DNA of 64,000 bases from Vicugna vicugna (Eukaryota). Position 1 is the stretch's first letter; every line of letters begins with the position of its first letter. The translations under genes were made by a program, and so were the position numbers. The stretch is from assembly GCA_013265495.1 (NCBI GenBank), contig MU057584.1, positions 598,608-662,607 on the forward strand. Reading direction: 5' to 3'. Under the pieces are notes generated by a model, which made no database searches, was not told the origin of the DNA, and worked only from the letters and a program-made list of their open reading frames with translations. This document shows, piece after piece, positions 1-14,163 of this stretch.

Positions 1-3000
1 TGGCGATTTGTTGGAGTTGGTCTGTAAGCCATGAAAGCACAGGGGTGTCATTTGAGCTGTGGCCCTGGTGAAAAGGGTGATGGAGGAGTCATTCTGGGGC
101 TTGCTGTGGTGATAGGACCTCAAGGCCAAGAGTGAGGGAGGAAGTGGCGGGCCTGATGGGAAGAGAGGTCATTCAGAAGCTGTTCTTCCACAGCAGAGTT
201 GGAGAAGTTGCCTGGGCCAGGAGGCACAGAAGGGAGGAATTGGGGGCCCCAGCACAGGGTGCCCGTTCAGCAGAGCCTTGCCCTGGGAGGAGAGCTCAGC
301 CAGTCCCTAATGGAGCCTCTGCTGGGGTGGAGGAAGGCTGGGTCTGGGACTAGAGTGTGGTACAGCTGGGTGGGAACCTCTAGGGGTGTGTCCCTGACTG
401 GGGAGCCCCATTGAGCCTCGCCAGAGGTCGCGGGCTGGGGGATTCCTGGAGGTGCGATTCCGGGAGGGAGGTAGTGAGGGAGGGCCTCAGGCCTCCGCAG
501 GCTCAACCCAGCCTAGCACTCAGAAGGGCCTTCCCTGGCTCCCACCTCCTGTAGTGTCCCTACCTGCCCCCGGCAGGGCCTGTTTATTTTCCTCATTGTG
601 CTGATGGCCGTCTGCTGTTTCATGTTGGTGGTCTCTCTTCTGCACTGGACTGGAGAGCAGACACTGTCCATCCTCGTTCCAACTCAGCCCTCGAAAGACA
701 CACAGTGATTGTGGTTGCATGAGCCCCGTGTGCAGCCGTTCTGGAAGGGGTGAGGTCAGGCCATACCTGAGCTCCACTGAGCCAGAGTGTGCCTCCAGGC
801 CAGCCCCGGCAGCAGCGTGCCATGGCTCCGGCAGAGCACTTACTCTTGCTGAGCTTGTTTGTTTCCTCATCTGTGAAATTGTGATCCCTGCCCTGCTGAC
901 CACCCAGGATATCTGAGGGGGTGTAATGAACCTGGTAGGGCAGGGTCTCCGCGGTGAGCCAGTCTGCGGTGAGTGGAAGGGGTGTGGAGTTGGGGAAGAG
1001 GCTGCCTCAGTGCTGCCAGGCTGGGCTTGTGTGCACTCCACTCTCCTCGCGGGGTGGAAGTGGGTGCCAGCTGGGGAGGGGCCGGCCTGATACACCCCAA
1101 CCCCGATCCCGTGGTGACAGGTCCTGTGGGCCCAGTTCCTCTGAGGGAACTCTTCAGACTGCAAGAATGACCCGAGGCTCAGCTGTCTTCCCAGTCCCAG
1201 CTGAACGCTGCATGGAGAGGAGACCTGGGGTTTGTAAGGCAGGCATCGGAGAGCACGTGACACTGGCCACAGTCTGGGAGGCTCTCTCCCCCTCCCTCCA
1301 GTGCTGCCAATGACTCATTCCCCACTCCCTGACCTCCAGCCTGTGGAGTCTATCCTGGGCTGGGGGAGGGGAAGTTTTGCCCACCAGGAAACTCCTCATG
1401 TGAAGTGGAGATGCTTACAGAGTAAAGGGGGCCCAAACATGCCAACCTTTGGCCACCTGAGCTTTGGGGCTAGAGGACAGAGTAGAAGGAGCAGTGGGGA
1501 CAGTGGCCGTGGTGTTCTTAAATGGGGATCAAAGAGGATGGAAATGCCTTACTGTTTGTTCTCATTGAAACCCATGCTGCAGATTTAGTCCTTGAAACTG
1601 GTTTGACAGGTAGAAAGGTAGAAAGTTACCTGTTAATGGTGGAAAGAGGCTCGTGGTTAATGGCTTGTTTTAGCCTAAGTGGTGGTCTTGCTGCAGAGTG
1701 GGGAACGGGGTCGTGGGGGGCGACATAGATGCGTTTGTCCAGGTCTCTATCTGGGCCCAGCCTCACCTCCTGCTGCCCATGTTGGCACGTAGACTCTGCC
1801 GTGTGACTTTGGGTGATTGTTCTCTCTGTCCATGGGTTTTCTGCCAGTAAAATATAGCTGACAGTGGTACCTCCTCATAGGGTGATCGTGAGGATTAAGT
1901 TAGATAAGTGTCCACTGAGAGCGCTGTGCTGAGTAGGTGTCCTCCCTGTCCAGCCTTCTGCCCCCACTGCAGCCCCCGCCCCTATGCCTTTGCTGTCTCT
2001 GTGGTTTATTTGCACTCACCTCTCCCTCAGCATTTCCCTCATCAGAACCCTGCTGTCTGTCCCTCAGAGGCCTACTCCTTTGAGATGAGAGCCCCAACAT
2101 CCCTGACAGGGCCTGGGAAAGACCTCAGGTTCCAGGCCTCATCCTGTCTCTGAAAAGCTGGGTGACTGTGAGCAAGTGGCCCAGTCTCTCTGAGCTGAAA
2201 CAAAATCAGCGTGTGTTGGCCCACTGCCCCCTGTCTGAGAGGTACCAAGAGTCTAGACTGGAGGTCTTAGCTGCAGCCTCTCCCTGAGCCTTGGTCCCCT
2301 CTGTAGAGTGGGCCCCGGGCCCCAGGCCCCAGCCCTCCACCATGTTGGGATGTGACCGTGTCTACAGGATGTGCTGGGGGTGCCTGCTCTGGCCAGGCCG
2401 GGCCCTCCGTGCACTCGGATTCGGGCGGGCTGCCCTCATTTTTTCCACCTCCGGCTCTTTGTTTGTGTTCGCGTCGTATTTCCCTCTCAAGGGTGAAGAC
2501 TGTGCGAGTCACCTGTGTGACCTCCGTCTGACACACGAGAGGGCTTGGGCCCTGGGTGGACGAATGTCAGAGGAGTGAGGTTTTTCCTTAGGTCTTATTC
2601 ACCAGAGTGGCGTTTGGAGAGAGCTTCTTGGAGTAGTGCCTGCGGTCGGCGCCAGGACAGGGCCCTTCCTCTGGGCCCTGCGAGTGGCTTTGGCCTCCTC
2701 AGCACAGCGTCACCCAGCCGGCAGTGGCAGCGTGGTTCTTCTGTCTTTCACAGGCATTTGGCTCCAAAAATATTAAGAGCTGTGGCGCCAGATGCTCTGG
2801 CCTGGACTGGCCATAACTGAGGCCAGCTTCTGGGAATGGCCAGGAATCTGTTTCTAGAAAGCTCCCCCGGCAGCCAGGTTTGGCTGTCCTGCTCAGGGCC
2901 CCTGATTCAGTCACTCAGCACTCAGTCCCAACACTGCCTCCCAGACCTCAGTTCAAGGGCGGCTGGAGTTGGCCTGTAGATTTGTTTTAGCAAATTGAAT

Positions 3001-6000
3001 TGTCTGACTTCAGGTGACTACAGAAATGTGTTTTGGGTTGAAATTCTTGCCCTCTAGATGACCTGAGTAGTCACTACCACGGGAGGTCGGTGTTTTTCTT
3101 TTCAGTTGTAGATTGAATTAGAAGCACAGAGAGGGTGAGTAACTTACCTGAGGTCGTCACAGAGCCAGTAAATGTTGGGCTGGGATTCAGACCAGGCAGC
3201 CCAGCCGTGGGGCCTGCACTCAGCACCTGTGACTGGCTGTGTGAGCTTCACTAGCTGCTGCGTTCGGTTCTGCGAGATGCAGAGTTTCTTTATCTTTAAC
3301 CCATAACCCTTTGTAACATGGAGATGACAGTTCCAGCCTCACAGGGTTGTGGCAGGGATGAGAAACAGACTGAGTAAAGGGCCCACTGAGTGGCATTCAG
3401 GAGGGCTTCACTGTGGTTCTCTGACAGCTCCAGAGGCCTGGGAGGTCCATGGTGCTCCTCTGTCCCCATCATCGGGTCCTTGTTCGGATCCTTGGTCTGA
3501 GTACTTCTGTGCTACACAGTATCAGTACGCGGTAGGTGTTCAGTGCATCCTGGCTGAATGTGTGTTTTGGCAACCCTGTGACCAACCATTCATTTAGTTG
3601 GTGTTGCCATGCTGGTGTTAGGGGTCAAGGAAGAAGACAGGCCGAGCCCTGCCTCCATGGAGTCACAGTTGAGTGAGGGAGACACCCAGCAAACAATTGT
3701 AATCAAACCAGGGTGCCCAGGACTCTGATTAGAAAGAGCTCACAGACCGGCAGGCAGGGCAAAGGTGGCTTCTTGGAGGATGGGCCATCTAAGGCCTGAA
3801 GAAATCACAGGAGTTAGCCAGGTGAGGAGCAGTTGGAAGGACGTACCAAGGATTGGAGGCAGAGAGAGTGAGCGAGGTATACCTGAGGAACAGACAAAAG
3901 CAGTCTTACTGGGATCGGAAAGCTGGAGGTAGAGGCAGGAGGGTCAGAGGCAAGACTGCAGAAGGGGAAGAGAACCACCCAGCTGAGGCCTTGTAGGCCG
4001 AGTTAGCCTGAGGGTGGTGGGAAGCCAGCAGGCTTTAAGAAGGGGCATGCCTACTGTCTTTAACAGAACCTTCTGGGAGTGTGGCATGAAGAGGGTAAGA
4101 CCAAGACTCGGAGACCAGGGAAGATGGCCACGGGCCAGGAACCTGTAGGCTCTCAGCTTTGTGTGGCCCTGCATTGGCTAATAGCTGACATTTGACTTCT
4201 TGATTTATTCATCAGATTTATCTGAACCTCCCCCTCCCCCAGAAGGTTTTGCACTGCGGTGTTCTCTGTAGCACGTTCAAGGTGACAGTTTTCCCTATCC
4301 GTTCCCTCTTTGGGTCTTTAACAGCCCACCCCACCCCTGCCCATTAGTTCTTCCTGCCCTCGAGTTGGGTAGTGGGAGGCGTGGGGGCCGTGCGTTTGAG
4401 TGCCTGCACCACCTCCCCCGTGTGACCTCAGCAACTGGCTTCACCTCTGAAGTGTCCTTAGGTCCCACATTTCCCAGATCCAGAAAGCTCTAAAAACTGT
4501 CCCAGGCCCTGCTGGGGGCTTACATAATATAGATATCCTATCACTCTTCTAAAATCCAGGAAATTCTGAATTCCAGAACACATCTGGCCCAGAATTTTCC
4601 AGGAGGAGACCACGGAGTCCCCCATGGGCCTCATTCGCGTCTCTGTGAAATGGCAGTAACATGAGAGGCAGCACCGGGCTCGGGTTTTGGAGCCCACGGT
4701 GCCAGTCCAGCTCTGCCCTGAGGCAATCGCCCAGCTGCTCTGCCTCGGTGTCCCCATCTGCATGGGGGTTGAGAATTAGATTATTCTGAACTTGGGGAAC
4801 GACTGGATGAGGAACTAGCTGTTGTGGGCACTCAGTAAGGGCTCTTTCGAGTAGAATGCGGTTGTGTCCCTCACGAGCCTGCCCGGCTCCCTCCTCTCTG
4901 AGAGCCCCCTGGCAGTCACTGTCCCTGGGCTGGATGGGATAGGCAAGCACTCTGCTCTGTGTGAATTTGGCTGTGTGCGCATGGGCATGTCCTGAAACCT
5001 CCCTGCGTCACAATTTGCCCATATGTGAAGTCATTTTGACAGATGAGGAGTCTGTTTCAAAGCTTTCTGACTCTCTGGGAGGAGCCAGGCCCAGGGCTTT
5101 CACAGCCAGGAGCACATTCTGACTCCAGTCATCTGTCCAGGTGAGAATGCCCTGGGTCCAGGACATCTCCAGTCCCGGGCAGCCGCTGTCACTGCCCATG
5201 CTGGCCCCGGATGCTATTCGTGTTAGGACAGCTCTGTCTGGGGGAGCTTTCTGGACTAGACCTGCAATAGGAGGCTGGGGTCTGGTGTCTCAGTGTGGGA
5301 GAGGTAGAGGGGGGTCCCCAGTGCCAGGAAAGGGGTTCAGAGGCTGGGTGCCCATCACGGATGGATGGAGTTGTCATGAATGGGTGGACATCCATCATGC
5401 TTTGGTGATGCCTCCTTTTCCTATTTGAAAGGCAAGGCTCATCTTGGTTTGGCTCCACTCCATGTCCCTAGAACTTCTCACGGTGCTGGGCACTCACACT
5501 GGGTGGACTGGTATGGATGAAGGGACACAGGCATTCTCCGCTTACTCCTAACTTAGTCTCTGCAGCTGGTATGGAGCCGTTGCCTCAAGGTGGGGGGTGC
5601 AGTGTGGAAGTGTCTGCTGACGGCCATTCGACTCATGTGACGTGCCTGACGCCCTCTCCCTTTCCAGCAGAAGCCTGGGTGGGGGCCCTGCAGCCCGATG
5701 CTGCGGAGGCCTTGTGGATCCCAGCTGGGATATCCTTCTTAGTTGAGTGGGTGGCCTCTCTTGGAACCCATTGGGGTCAGACTCGTGTGCCACCTTCATA
5801 CCCACCCCTCTGTCTCTCCACAGTCTTAGTCTCCTGCCAGCTACCATCCGCAGTGCAGTAGGGGAGCCGCTCGTGTTCCGTACAGCCCTCCCCTTTCTGC
5901 AAAGCAGAGCACCTTCACAGCTCTGGGTTCCTCTGAGCAACAGGGCTGGCAAGAGGGAGGAAGAGCAGGGCTACCGGAAGATGAAAGCAAACGCCTGGGA

Positions 6001-6773
6001 AGTGACCCTACGGAGGGTCCTGCTTTGGATGATGATGGTGGTGATGGTAGTGATGGTGGTGATCTCAGCTCTTCATGCGCATTTACTTGGTGAATTTGCA
6101 CAACTGGCAGGAGGAAAGTTGAGGCTTATGGGTGCTGAAGCCACACATATAGTAAGGGCATGAGCTGTGTTCAAACCAGAAGGATCAGTTCCAGAAAAGC
6201 CTCTGAGGGCTCCTTCCCCACCACAGGATGAAGGTCTCGCCCCTGAGCCTGGTGAGAGCCCTTTCCAAACGGAGGTCTGTCCCCCTCTGTCCTGACTGAC
6301 AGACTCCGGTTCCCTCTACTCAGCCTTTCCTGACCAACTCCTGCTCACCCTTCTCGTGCTGGCGCACAACTTGTCCCCAGACAGAGTGCTCTGTGCTCTC
6401 CCAGGTTCCCATGATGCTCCTCATGCTGTTGTTATTTGTTTGGGGCCATCTCCCCCCACTAGACCCGGAAGTGCCATGCGGGACTGCATCCTGTCTGGCT
6501 GGCTCCCTGGAGGAGGCGAACCACCAAACGCTCCCTGGCACCCTAGGGACTCCGAGCAAAGCGGGTCTGCTAACGAGCACCCCAGGCCTCAGGGCCCTCT
6601 AACCCAGAGCTGGGGCTTCAGAGCATTTGGGGGCCTGAAGAGAACAAGGGCCAAGGAAGATGTTTGTTGAATCATTTGTATCATTTTTCATGCTTTCACT
6701 CATTCATTTTTCCTGCCTGCCTTGCCTCTGCCTCCCTCTACTGGGCGCCAGGTGGAGGAGTCCTGGCTGCCCT

Positions 6774-6828
6774 CCCTGCCTGCTCTGCCCCCCCTGCCTG
6801 CTCTGCCCCCCCTGCCTGCTCTGCCCCC
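6774..6828. repeat. 18-bp minisatellite, 3 copies (ccctgcctgctctgcccc)
   Basis: Direct tandem repeat, also visible as repeated PPCLLC peptides in the ORF track. Confidence 0.9.
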
Positions 6829-8884
6829 TCTCCCTTCCCGAAAAAGCAGACCTTGTTACAGCCCAGCTTTAAATCACACTTATGGCCCACTTCCCCCACT
6901 GTCTTTCACACCTGATCTGGAATCCCTAAAACCGCCCTGGAGGCCCAGCCCCTGCCACCCTCACTAACCACGACTGGGCTCTCCCTTCTCCATGCCCTCT
7001 CTCTGGGATCAAGTATCGTGCCTTGTTCTCAATTCTGCATGTGAGGAGCTCCCCACATCCTGTCCTGGGATGCCGGCCTTGCTTTCACAGCTTTAGCTTG
7101 TCCATCAAGTACCAGCAAACCCTTCTTTCCTAGCCCTCTGAATTGGTTCCCCCAGTGAGGTGGTCAGCGATCTATTTATCTGCAATCCTGTGGTAGATAT
7201 TCTCTCTTGCCTCTTTGACTGTAAACATCATGAGGGCGGGTGTGGGTTTGGTTTGGTGCCACTGTATCCCCTGGTGCCCTTAGCCCCGAGCCTGGCTCTG
7301 AGCAGGAGCTTCTGTGGTAAGTGGAGAAGGAAGCAATGTCTGATGCTGGGCCTTGGGTACCGGACAGGCCCTGCCCTCATGCAGCCTGGATCCAGAAAGG
7401 GAAGTGCGAAGAGGGCAGGAAGGCACCCCACTGCCAGATCTGGCAGACCCCCAAACTAGCTAGCCTGGTGGAGTATGGGAGCACAGGTCTGGGATCTTTG
7501 CTGTGGACTTGCTGTGGGTCGTAGGCCAAGGCACTGCCCTCTCTGTGCAGCAAGGTGGTGTTTGAGGTCTTTTCCACTGTGTGTGTTTCCCTGTCTCTGT
7601 CCATAGGTCACCCCCACCATTTAGGGAACTGAGTGAGTCTCAGGACCTCGTCCTCATCAGGGAGGTTGGGATGGGCAAGAGAGCCCAGGTTTTGGTAATG
7701 GTCTGCCTTTCTATCTTTGTGGCAGATGACCTGATTCTCAGCCCCACCAGCAACAAGGTGTGTCACAGGGGGAGGTGGAGGATGTCAGTGGTGCCCAGCC
7801 CCGAGCCAGGCCTCCATCTTCTCTCCTTTTCCTCCATCTCACTCTTTGTCCCATAATCCCCTTCTTTCTTGGGCTTGGGATCCTTGCCTCCTGACCCAGC
7901 TCTCCCTGCTTTGGTCACAATGACCAGAAAGTGCTGCGTTCTTCTTGGCCGGGCGGAGGTCTTCTTCCTACTGGACCTGGCTCAGCCCTTGGGATCTGCA
8001 GTGCTGAGCTTCTCTAGGCTCCCGTGTCTGTCCTGTCCCTGACCCTCCACTGGACTGTGAGCCCCAGTAGGGCACAGCTGTGCTGTCTTGGTCACTGCTG
8101 TGTCCCCAGCACAGCTCCAGGCCCAAGCAGGTGCTCAGTGAATGTTGTTCCATTAGGGTGGAGTTGACGGTGGGTATAGACAGAGCCCTCCGTGGAGCCC
8201 TGGTTAGATCCCCCACATCTGACAGCAGCCTGACCTTGTGTGGGCCTGGGAGAAGCCATCCTAGACCAGTGAGCCCAGTGGCTGGAGGCAAGGCCATCTG
8301 ACTTATTGTGCCACCACCAGCTATTGTGGCCAAATGTGTGTGCTCACTGACCACCCAGCCAAGAGAGTCCAGGGTGGGACTTCCCTCTTTCTGGCATCCA
8401 GGTTATCAGGGGTGGAGGGGTAAACTTCTTGTTTTATAAATGAGGCAGCAGGTGGAGAGGGATGGCCTGGCACTCAGGACAGGGCTCCTGCCACTCTCCT
8501 TGGCCACCTCTGTAGTATCCTAGGGGAGGGCAGGTGAAGAGGGCTGCCCAGCTGTGTACCTGGGTTCCCCGCCCGCCTTGCTGTGTGACATTGTTATTAA
8601 TAGAAAGGCTTTGGGCCCTGGGGAAATGGAGATTCCATCTCCAGCTCACCGTGAAGCCAAGCGAGCTCATGCTTCGTGAGTTGCAGTTTTCTCCTCGCCC
8701 CCTCCTGGAGCTGGTGTGGGAGCTGGGGGAGAAGGGTGTGCAGTCACCCTGGGAGTGGATGATGGTTGTTACTAAGGGAAGGATCACTACTTTGATTCTT
8801 TTCTGACTTTAAAAGTACGATGTTCATTGTAGAAAAAAGAATTGGAAAGCCTAAAGAAGAAAATGAAATCACTTGTTAATCTCA

Positions 8885-9790
8885 CCATCTGGAATTAAAA
8901 AAAAAACAGCTTTATTGAGATGTAATTCATGTACATTTCACCCATGTAAAGCATACAGTTCAGTTTTTCACAGAGCAGTGCACCTGTCATCACAGTCAAT
9001 TTTAGAACATTTTCATTACTCCCCAAAAAACCCTGTACCCCTTAGCTGTAGATCCCAGCCCCCCTCCCCCACCCCCTTCAGGCCGCCACTGATCTGCTTT
9101 CTGTCGCTTTAGCTTCTGGACATTTCCTATAAATGGAATTATGCAGTATGTGACCTTTTGTGTCTGTCTTCTTTCATTTACCATAATGTTTACAGAGTTT
9201 ACCCACGTCTTGCGTGTGTCTGTACTTCATCCCTCATTCTTGCTGAATAATGCTCCATTGTATGGATAACCCCACGTTTTATCTCTTCATCCATTGGTAC
9301 ACATTTGGGTTGTTTCCACTTTCTGGCTATTATGAACAACACTGCTGTGGATATTTACGTTGAGGCTTTTGTGTGCATGTGTGCTTTCATTTTTCTAGGA
9401 GTGAAATTGCTCGGTCATATGGTGGCTCAAACCATTTGAGCAACGACAAGACTGATTTCCCAAGCGACTGCCCCACTTAGCAGCCCCTCACTGTACAAGA
9501 GTTCCGGTCCCTGCATGCCACAGCCTTGGTACCGTCTGTCCTTTTGATTCTTGCCACCCCAGAGGGTCTGCAGTGGCGTCACACTGAGGTTTTGATCTGC
9601 GTTTCCCTGATGGCTGATGATGTTGAGTGTCTTTTCACGTGCTTCTTGGGCACTTACACCTCTTCTTTGGGGAAACATCTATTCAGATCCTTTGCCCATT
9701 TAAAAATTGGATTGTCTTCTCGTTGTGCTGTAAGAGTTCTATATATAAATTCTAGTTGCAAGACTTCTATCAGAAATGACACACACCGCC
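8885..9790 (-). mobile_element. L1 3'-end fragment (ancient L1M-type)
   Basis: AT-rich with typical antisense L1 3' motifs: agctttattgagatgtaattcat, tataaatggaattatgcagtatgtgacc, ttgggttgtttccactttctggctattatgaa, gttttgatctgcgtttccctgatggctgatgatgttgag. Confidence 0.8.
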
Positions 9791-11899
9791 TGGGATGTTG
9801 TCAGCATTAAATGCCAGAGCATTTCCTTCCTGTCTCTTTTCTGTGGCTGGAGGCACTGCCACGGGCACAGAAAACTAAGACTGGGCAGACAGTGTGTATA
9901 TAGTTGAATGTCCTGCATTTTCACTTCATTTTTCCATTTTTTACAAAGCATGATGAAAATCCATCATCAGGCCGTTGTAATTTGTTCCAGCCATTTCCGC
10001 GTTGCTGAGCATTTAGGTCCTTTCCAGTTTTCAGCTGCATGAATAATGCAGTGACGTTCATCCTTGTCCATAAATCTTTGTCACTGGTAGCTTTCTCAGA
10101 AGAAATTCTTAGAAAGGTAGTTTTACCAGGTCAGAGAGTAGGAACCTTTGAAGTTTCATACACTGTCTGTCCACATAGGACTAGAAGTCTTGAGGGACAG
10201 GACTTGACTGTATCTTTTATTTATTTTTGAATGAATGAATAAATGAATGAATAATACTTTGGGTGTCTTGATGCCAAGGGTGTTTTGTTTTAATGAAAAT
10301 TCCTTAACTAGTAGTTAACCTGTTTATAGTTACCACGTTATATACTTCCCAGAGTTGCTTGGGAATTGTATAGTGCAGATATATTTTCTCTAATTTCTCA
10401 TTTGCCTTGCTGGAAAGGTGGAGGAGGGGGAGCCTCCTTTCCTCCTTAAAAAGAATCACTTTCCCCTTTGCTCTTTCCCTGGCTCTCTGTGGAGAGGCAC
10501 CATTCCCACCTGAGCAGCTCAGGCTGGAGGAGCGCTGGTGGTGAGATGAGAGAGTGCAGGGGTGGGGGGATCAGCCAGGGCTGGGTGGCAGTGCATTGCA
10601 GGGGGAGGGCATGTTAGTGGCGGCCAGGCGTAGGCAGAGGGACAGCAGGTTCCAGAGAGGTTTCCGGTAAAACAACAACAGCCACTGTTTGCTGAGTGCC
10701 AGGCCGAACGACCCGGGGAAGCTTGTGGGGCCCTTCGTTTTGTGACTTCGCGCCATCTGTCACTTGCTGAAGTCACACTTCTTTGCAGAAGGTGACAGAA
10801 GCCAGGGCAGCCCGGTCCTTGGACACATCCAGTCTGCCACAGCCGCAGAGTCTCGACGAGTCCAGGATGTAGACCCCAGCCACTCCAGCACGCACATGCC
10901 AGGCTTCTGCCCTGGAGGCTTTTCCCAACTCACTTGTGTTTGTCTGCTTCCATCCACTTACTGTCTCGTTTCTGCCTCCTCCAGTATAAGCGACTGGGGA
11001 GGTTATTCAAGTGTGTTCACTGATCACCTGGCACAGAATAGGCCCTAGAAAAATACTTGAAGAAATGAATGAATTTCTGACTCTTAGTCATCTTTTTAGG
11101 TCTCAGCTTAAATGTCCCTGTCTCTTACAGGTCTTTCCCGATTATTCCCCCCAATCTAAATTATTATCACCTCTGTTTTCCTATAAAAATGCTTTTTTCT
11201 TATAATTTGTCATAGTTATTTGTATGATTATTTGTCTGCCTTCCTAGCAATTACTCCCTGAGGGCAGGGGTCCAGATCTGTTTTGTTCTCTGTTGTCTGC
11301 CCATCCCAGGTTGTTTGGTAAAGAATGAATGAATGAATATGTCCTTTAGTTCCCAAACAGACCTCATGAGGGTAAGTGGTGTTACTCACATTGTATGGAT
11401 GTGAAGGTCAGGTTGGGCAGTGGGAAGTTCCAGGCACCCAGTGTCTGTGCCTGGAGCCTTTGCTGGACCAATAAACAGCTCAGTTACATGATTTAAAAAT
11501 TCCAAACTCAGACTCCCCAGTGCCTCCGAGTCCAGCTGGCCATCTGGTGCCCCTGACCAACCCTGAGGCGGGCATCCTGAAATAGCCTGCCTGCTTCTGG
11601 TCAGGCTGCTTGTCGCCTGATGAGCACCGGCTTTCTCAGAGATCCCCTTCCCAGAGCTTGGCCTGTTGCCTACTTAGGACTTTGATGGGTGGTAGTGATG
11701 GGAAGCAGGGAGCCACTGAGGGACTTGCAGACCTTTTTCAGGCACCGTGGTGCCCCCAGCCCTGTACTGGGTCCCTTGCCAGTTTGCTTCCTTTGACCCT
11801 GGCAGTGACCTTCAGTTCCCCAGAGGCACCGTTAGCGTTCTTTCCTCTGAGCCTTTGCACATGCTATTCCCTCTGCAACGCTCTCCTTCTCCCCTCTGC

Positions 11900-12500
11900 T
11901 TTTAAAATTATGTTGTTCAGATTCTTCGCTGTGCATATGAACTGTATGTGGAACATACACGTAAGTTAGGGTAATATAATGAAGACCCATGAGCCTACCT
12001 CCCAATTCAGGAATGAGAACATTGCCATTGACGCACCTCTACCTCTGGGTGGGTGGAGCACAGAGCCTTGGACTCCTACCTTGCACGCTGTGATTGTCAT
12101 GCCTTTTTTTTTTAAGTTTTATTAGCTATATGTGTCTGCTGAAAAATACAATATTTGGTATTGCTTATCTTTGAGTGTTGCAAAAATGGCATTGTGTCGT
12201 GAGTGGACTCCAGGGGCTTGCTTTTCCTCTCAGCATTTCCCAGTTTCATCCATGTGGATGTTCTGGAATCTTCCATTGTGTGACCTGCCTTAGATTTGCC
12301 TGTTGTGCTGTTGGTAGATATTTGGGCTGTTTCTGGTTTTCACTATTACACACTTGTGCAGTTGTGAACTTTCATGGACACGTGACCTAGGGTGTGAGCC
12401 AGCATTTCTCCAGGGTACAGAGCTCAGAGTGGAATCACTGGTTGTGGTTGGTGGAGCTGTGCAGCCTTACATGATAGTACCCAGCCCTTTCATGAGGCTC
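11900..12500 (-). mobile_element. Highly degraded L1M fragment
   Basis: Motifs atttgggctgtttctggtttt, gcagttgtgaact and agtggaatcactgg, similar to the 8885-9790 element. Confidence 0.55.
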
Positions 12501-14121
12501 TTCCCTCCCTTACCTGGCCAACTCCTACTCCATCCTCCCCGGGTCTCCTTCCCACCTTTCTTGCCTTCAGCAGATGCCCATGGAGTATCTGGGTGCAGCT
12601 GTGTTCCGGGGAGTGATGGTGAATGAGACTCATAGTCTCTGTCCTTGCATAACCAGTGTTGTCAAGTAGCCCCTACTCCAGGAAGCCCTTCCTGACCCCC
12701 AGACCATGTTAGGTGCCCCTGGGCTTTCCTGCCCTAGCTCTGCCCGCTCGGGGTCATTGCTGTCTGCGGACACGTCTGTCTCCTGCACTGGACTGGAAGC
12801 CTCATGTAAACAGACACCAGAGCTGTTTTGGATTCCGTGTCCCATCACTTGCCCAGGGTGGGGCACAGAGCAGGTGTTCAGTGAAGGATCTGTTGAGTTA
12901 CTGCTGAGACACTTAACCCTTGAGGCAGGTGGGATTAAGAGGAAGAGATGGAGTCCAGAATCTAGTACTTGGAGTGAGTCTCGGGCCCCAGGCTCATCTG
13001 GCCCAAAGCACAGCACTTCCTCGAATGGCTGAGCACACAAGGTGCCTGAGCCCATGCATGGCCCTGTGACAGAAGGAGAGGACATGACCTTTGCCCTCGG
13101 CAGCTGAGAGAGGAGCTGCTGCCCAGCTGCTCCCTCCTCCGACAATGGCCAGGGCTGGGCCCTGTGTGAGGCCTGCCCGACCCCCTGGGAGTTACAGCGG
13201 GTGTGGGTGTTCTTTGAAGAGGGCAGGATCAGAGGCTGCATGAGCCCTTATGACAAGTGGACAAGATGAGAGTCGTGGAGCCCCGGTGGGGAAGCTGGGG
13301 CTGGACAGGGCCGTCGATGGCCCGGAAATTAGGAAAAGCAGGGATCACGGAGCTGTGTTTGCAGAGAGCTGCTTGGACCCAGTGCAGCGCTGAGTGCTGT
13401 CCACACCCTGTCCCATGAGGTGGGTGGAATTGTTGCCTCATTTCACAGATGGAGGCACCGTGAGATGCAGAGGGTGAAGTCCAGCTCACCTGGCTCGTCC
13501 CAGGTAAGCGTGGAAGTCCCCCCAGGAGCCTGCCCCCTTCAGCCCTGTGCTGCGCCGGCCCGCCTGGAGCACTGGGCAGAGAGCTTGCCCGCCCGTGCGC
13601 TTGACTCTCCACGGCAGGCTGGGAGGTAGGTAGCGGCGTCTCCCCTTTGCAGGCAGGGAGACTGAGGAACAGAGTTGCGTGGCCCCTGGCGCCACATCTG
13701 AGTGGCGAGGTGGAGTCAGCCTGGCCTGGGCTCCTCGTCCTGGACTGCACTCCGGCTCCCTCAGGGCCTCTTTCCTCCTGCTGCTCTGTTGGTGCTCACT
13801 TGTCCCGTCTTCCCTTCTGCACCCTTAGGCACCCAGCCCTGGGTAAATATTTGTCTTCAGGCAAGTGGGAGCGGTGCAACCAGTATTTCCGAGCCAGGTG
13901 GCAGGGGATAGGTGGAGGCAGCTGGTTTGGGGGCAGACGCTCAGGGAGCCTCTGGGTAGAGCCGATCACTTTGTTTGCCCCCTGCTCATCCAGCACCTAC
14001 TCTGAGGTGCTGCCGCGGTGTCCGGCTCTGCACCAGTGTGATGGCTGCTACTGTTTAACCAGCACCAACCTCACGCCAGACGCTCCACATCCGTGATCTC
14101 GGTGGCTGCTTAGAAGCCCGT

Positions 14122-14122
<1 letters not shown>

Positions 14123-14162
<40 letters not shown>
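14123..14162. repeat. (GT)20 microsatellite
   Basis: Perfect GT dinucleotide run; a second, shorter run follows at 14189-14202. Confidence 0.95.

Positions 14163-14163
<1 letters not shown>

Noticed and set aside
520..1263. 247-aa minus-strand ORF and other long ORFs in 1-29600 (e.g. 12630-13241, 28176-28823)
   Set aside because: No family resemblance and low-information composition; some overlap MIR- or L1-like sequence. Chance ORFs in GC-rich intron.
6774..6828. Regular short repeats as a CRISPR-like array
   Set aside because: No spacers; a simple tandem minisatellite in a eukaryotic intron.
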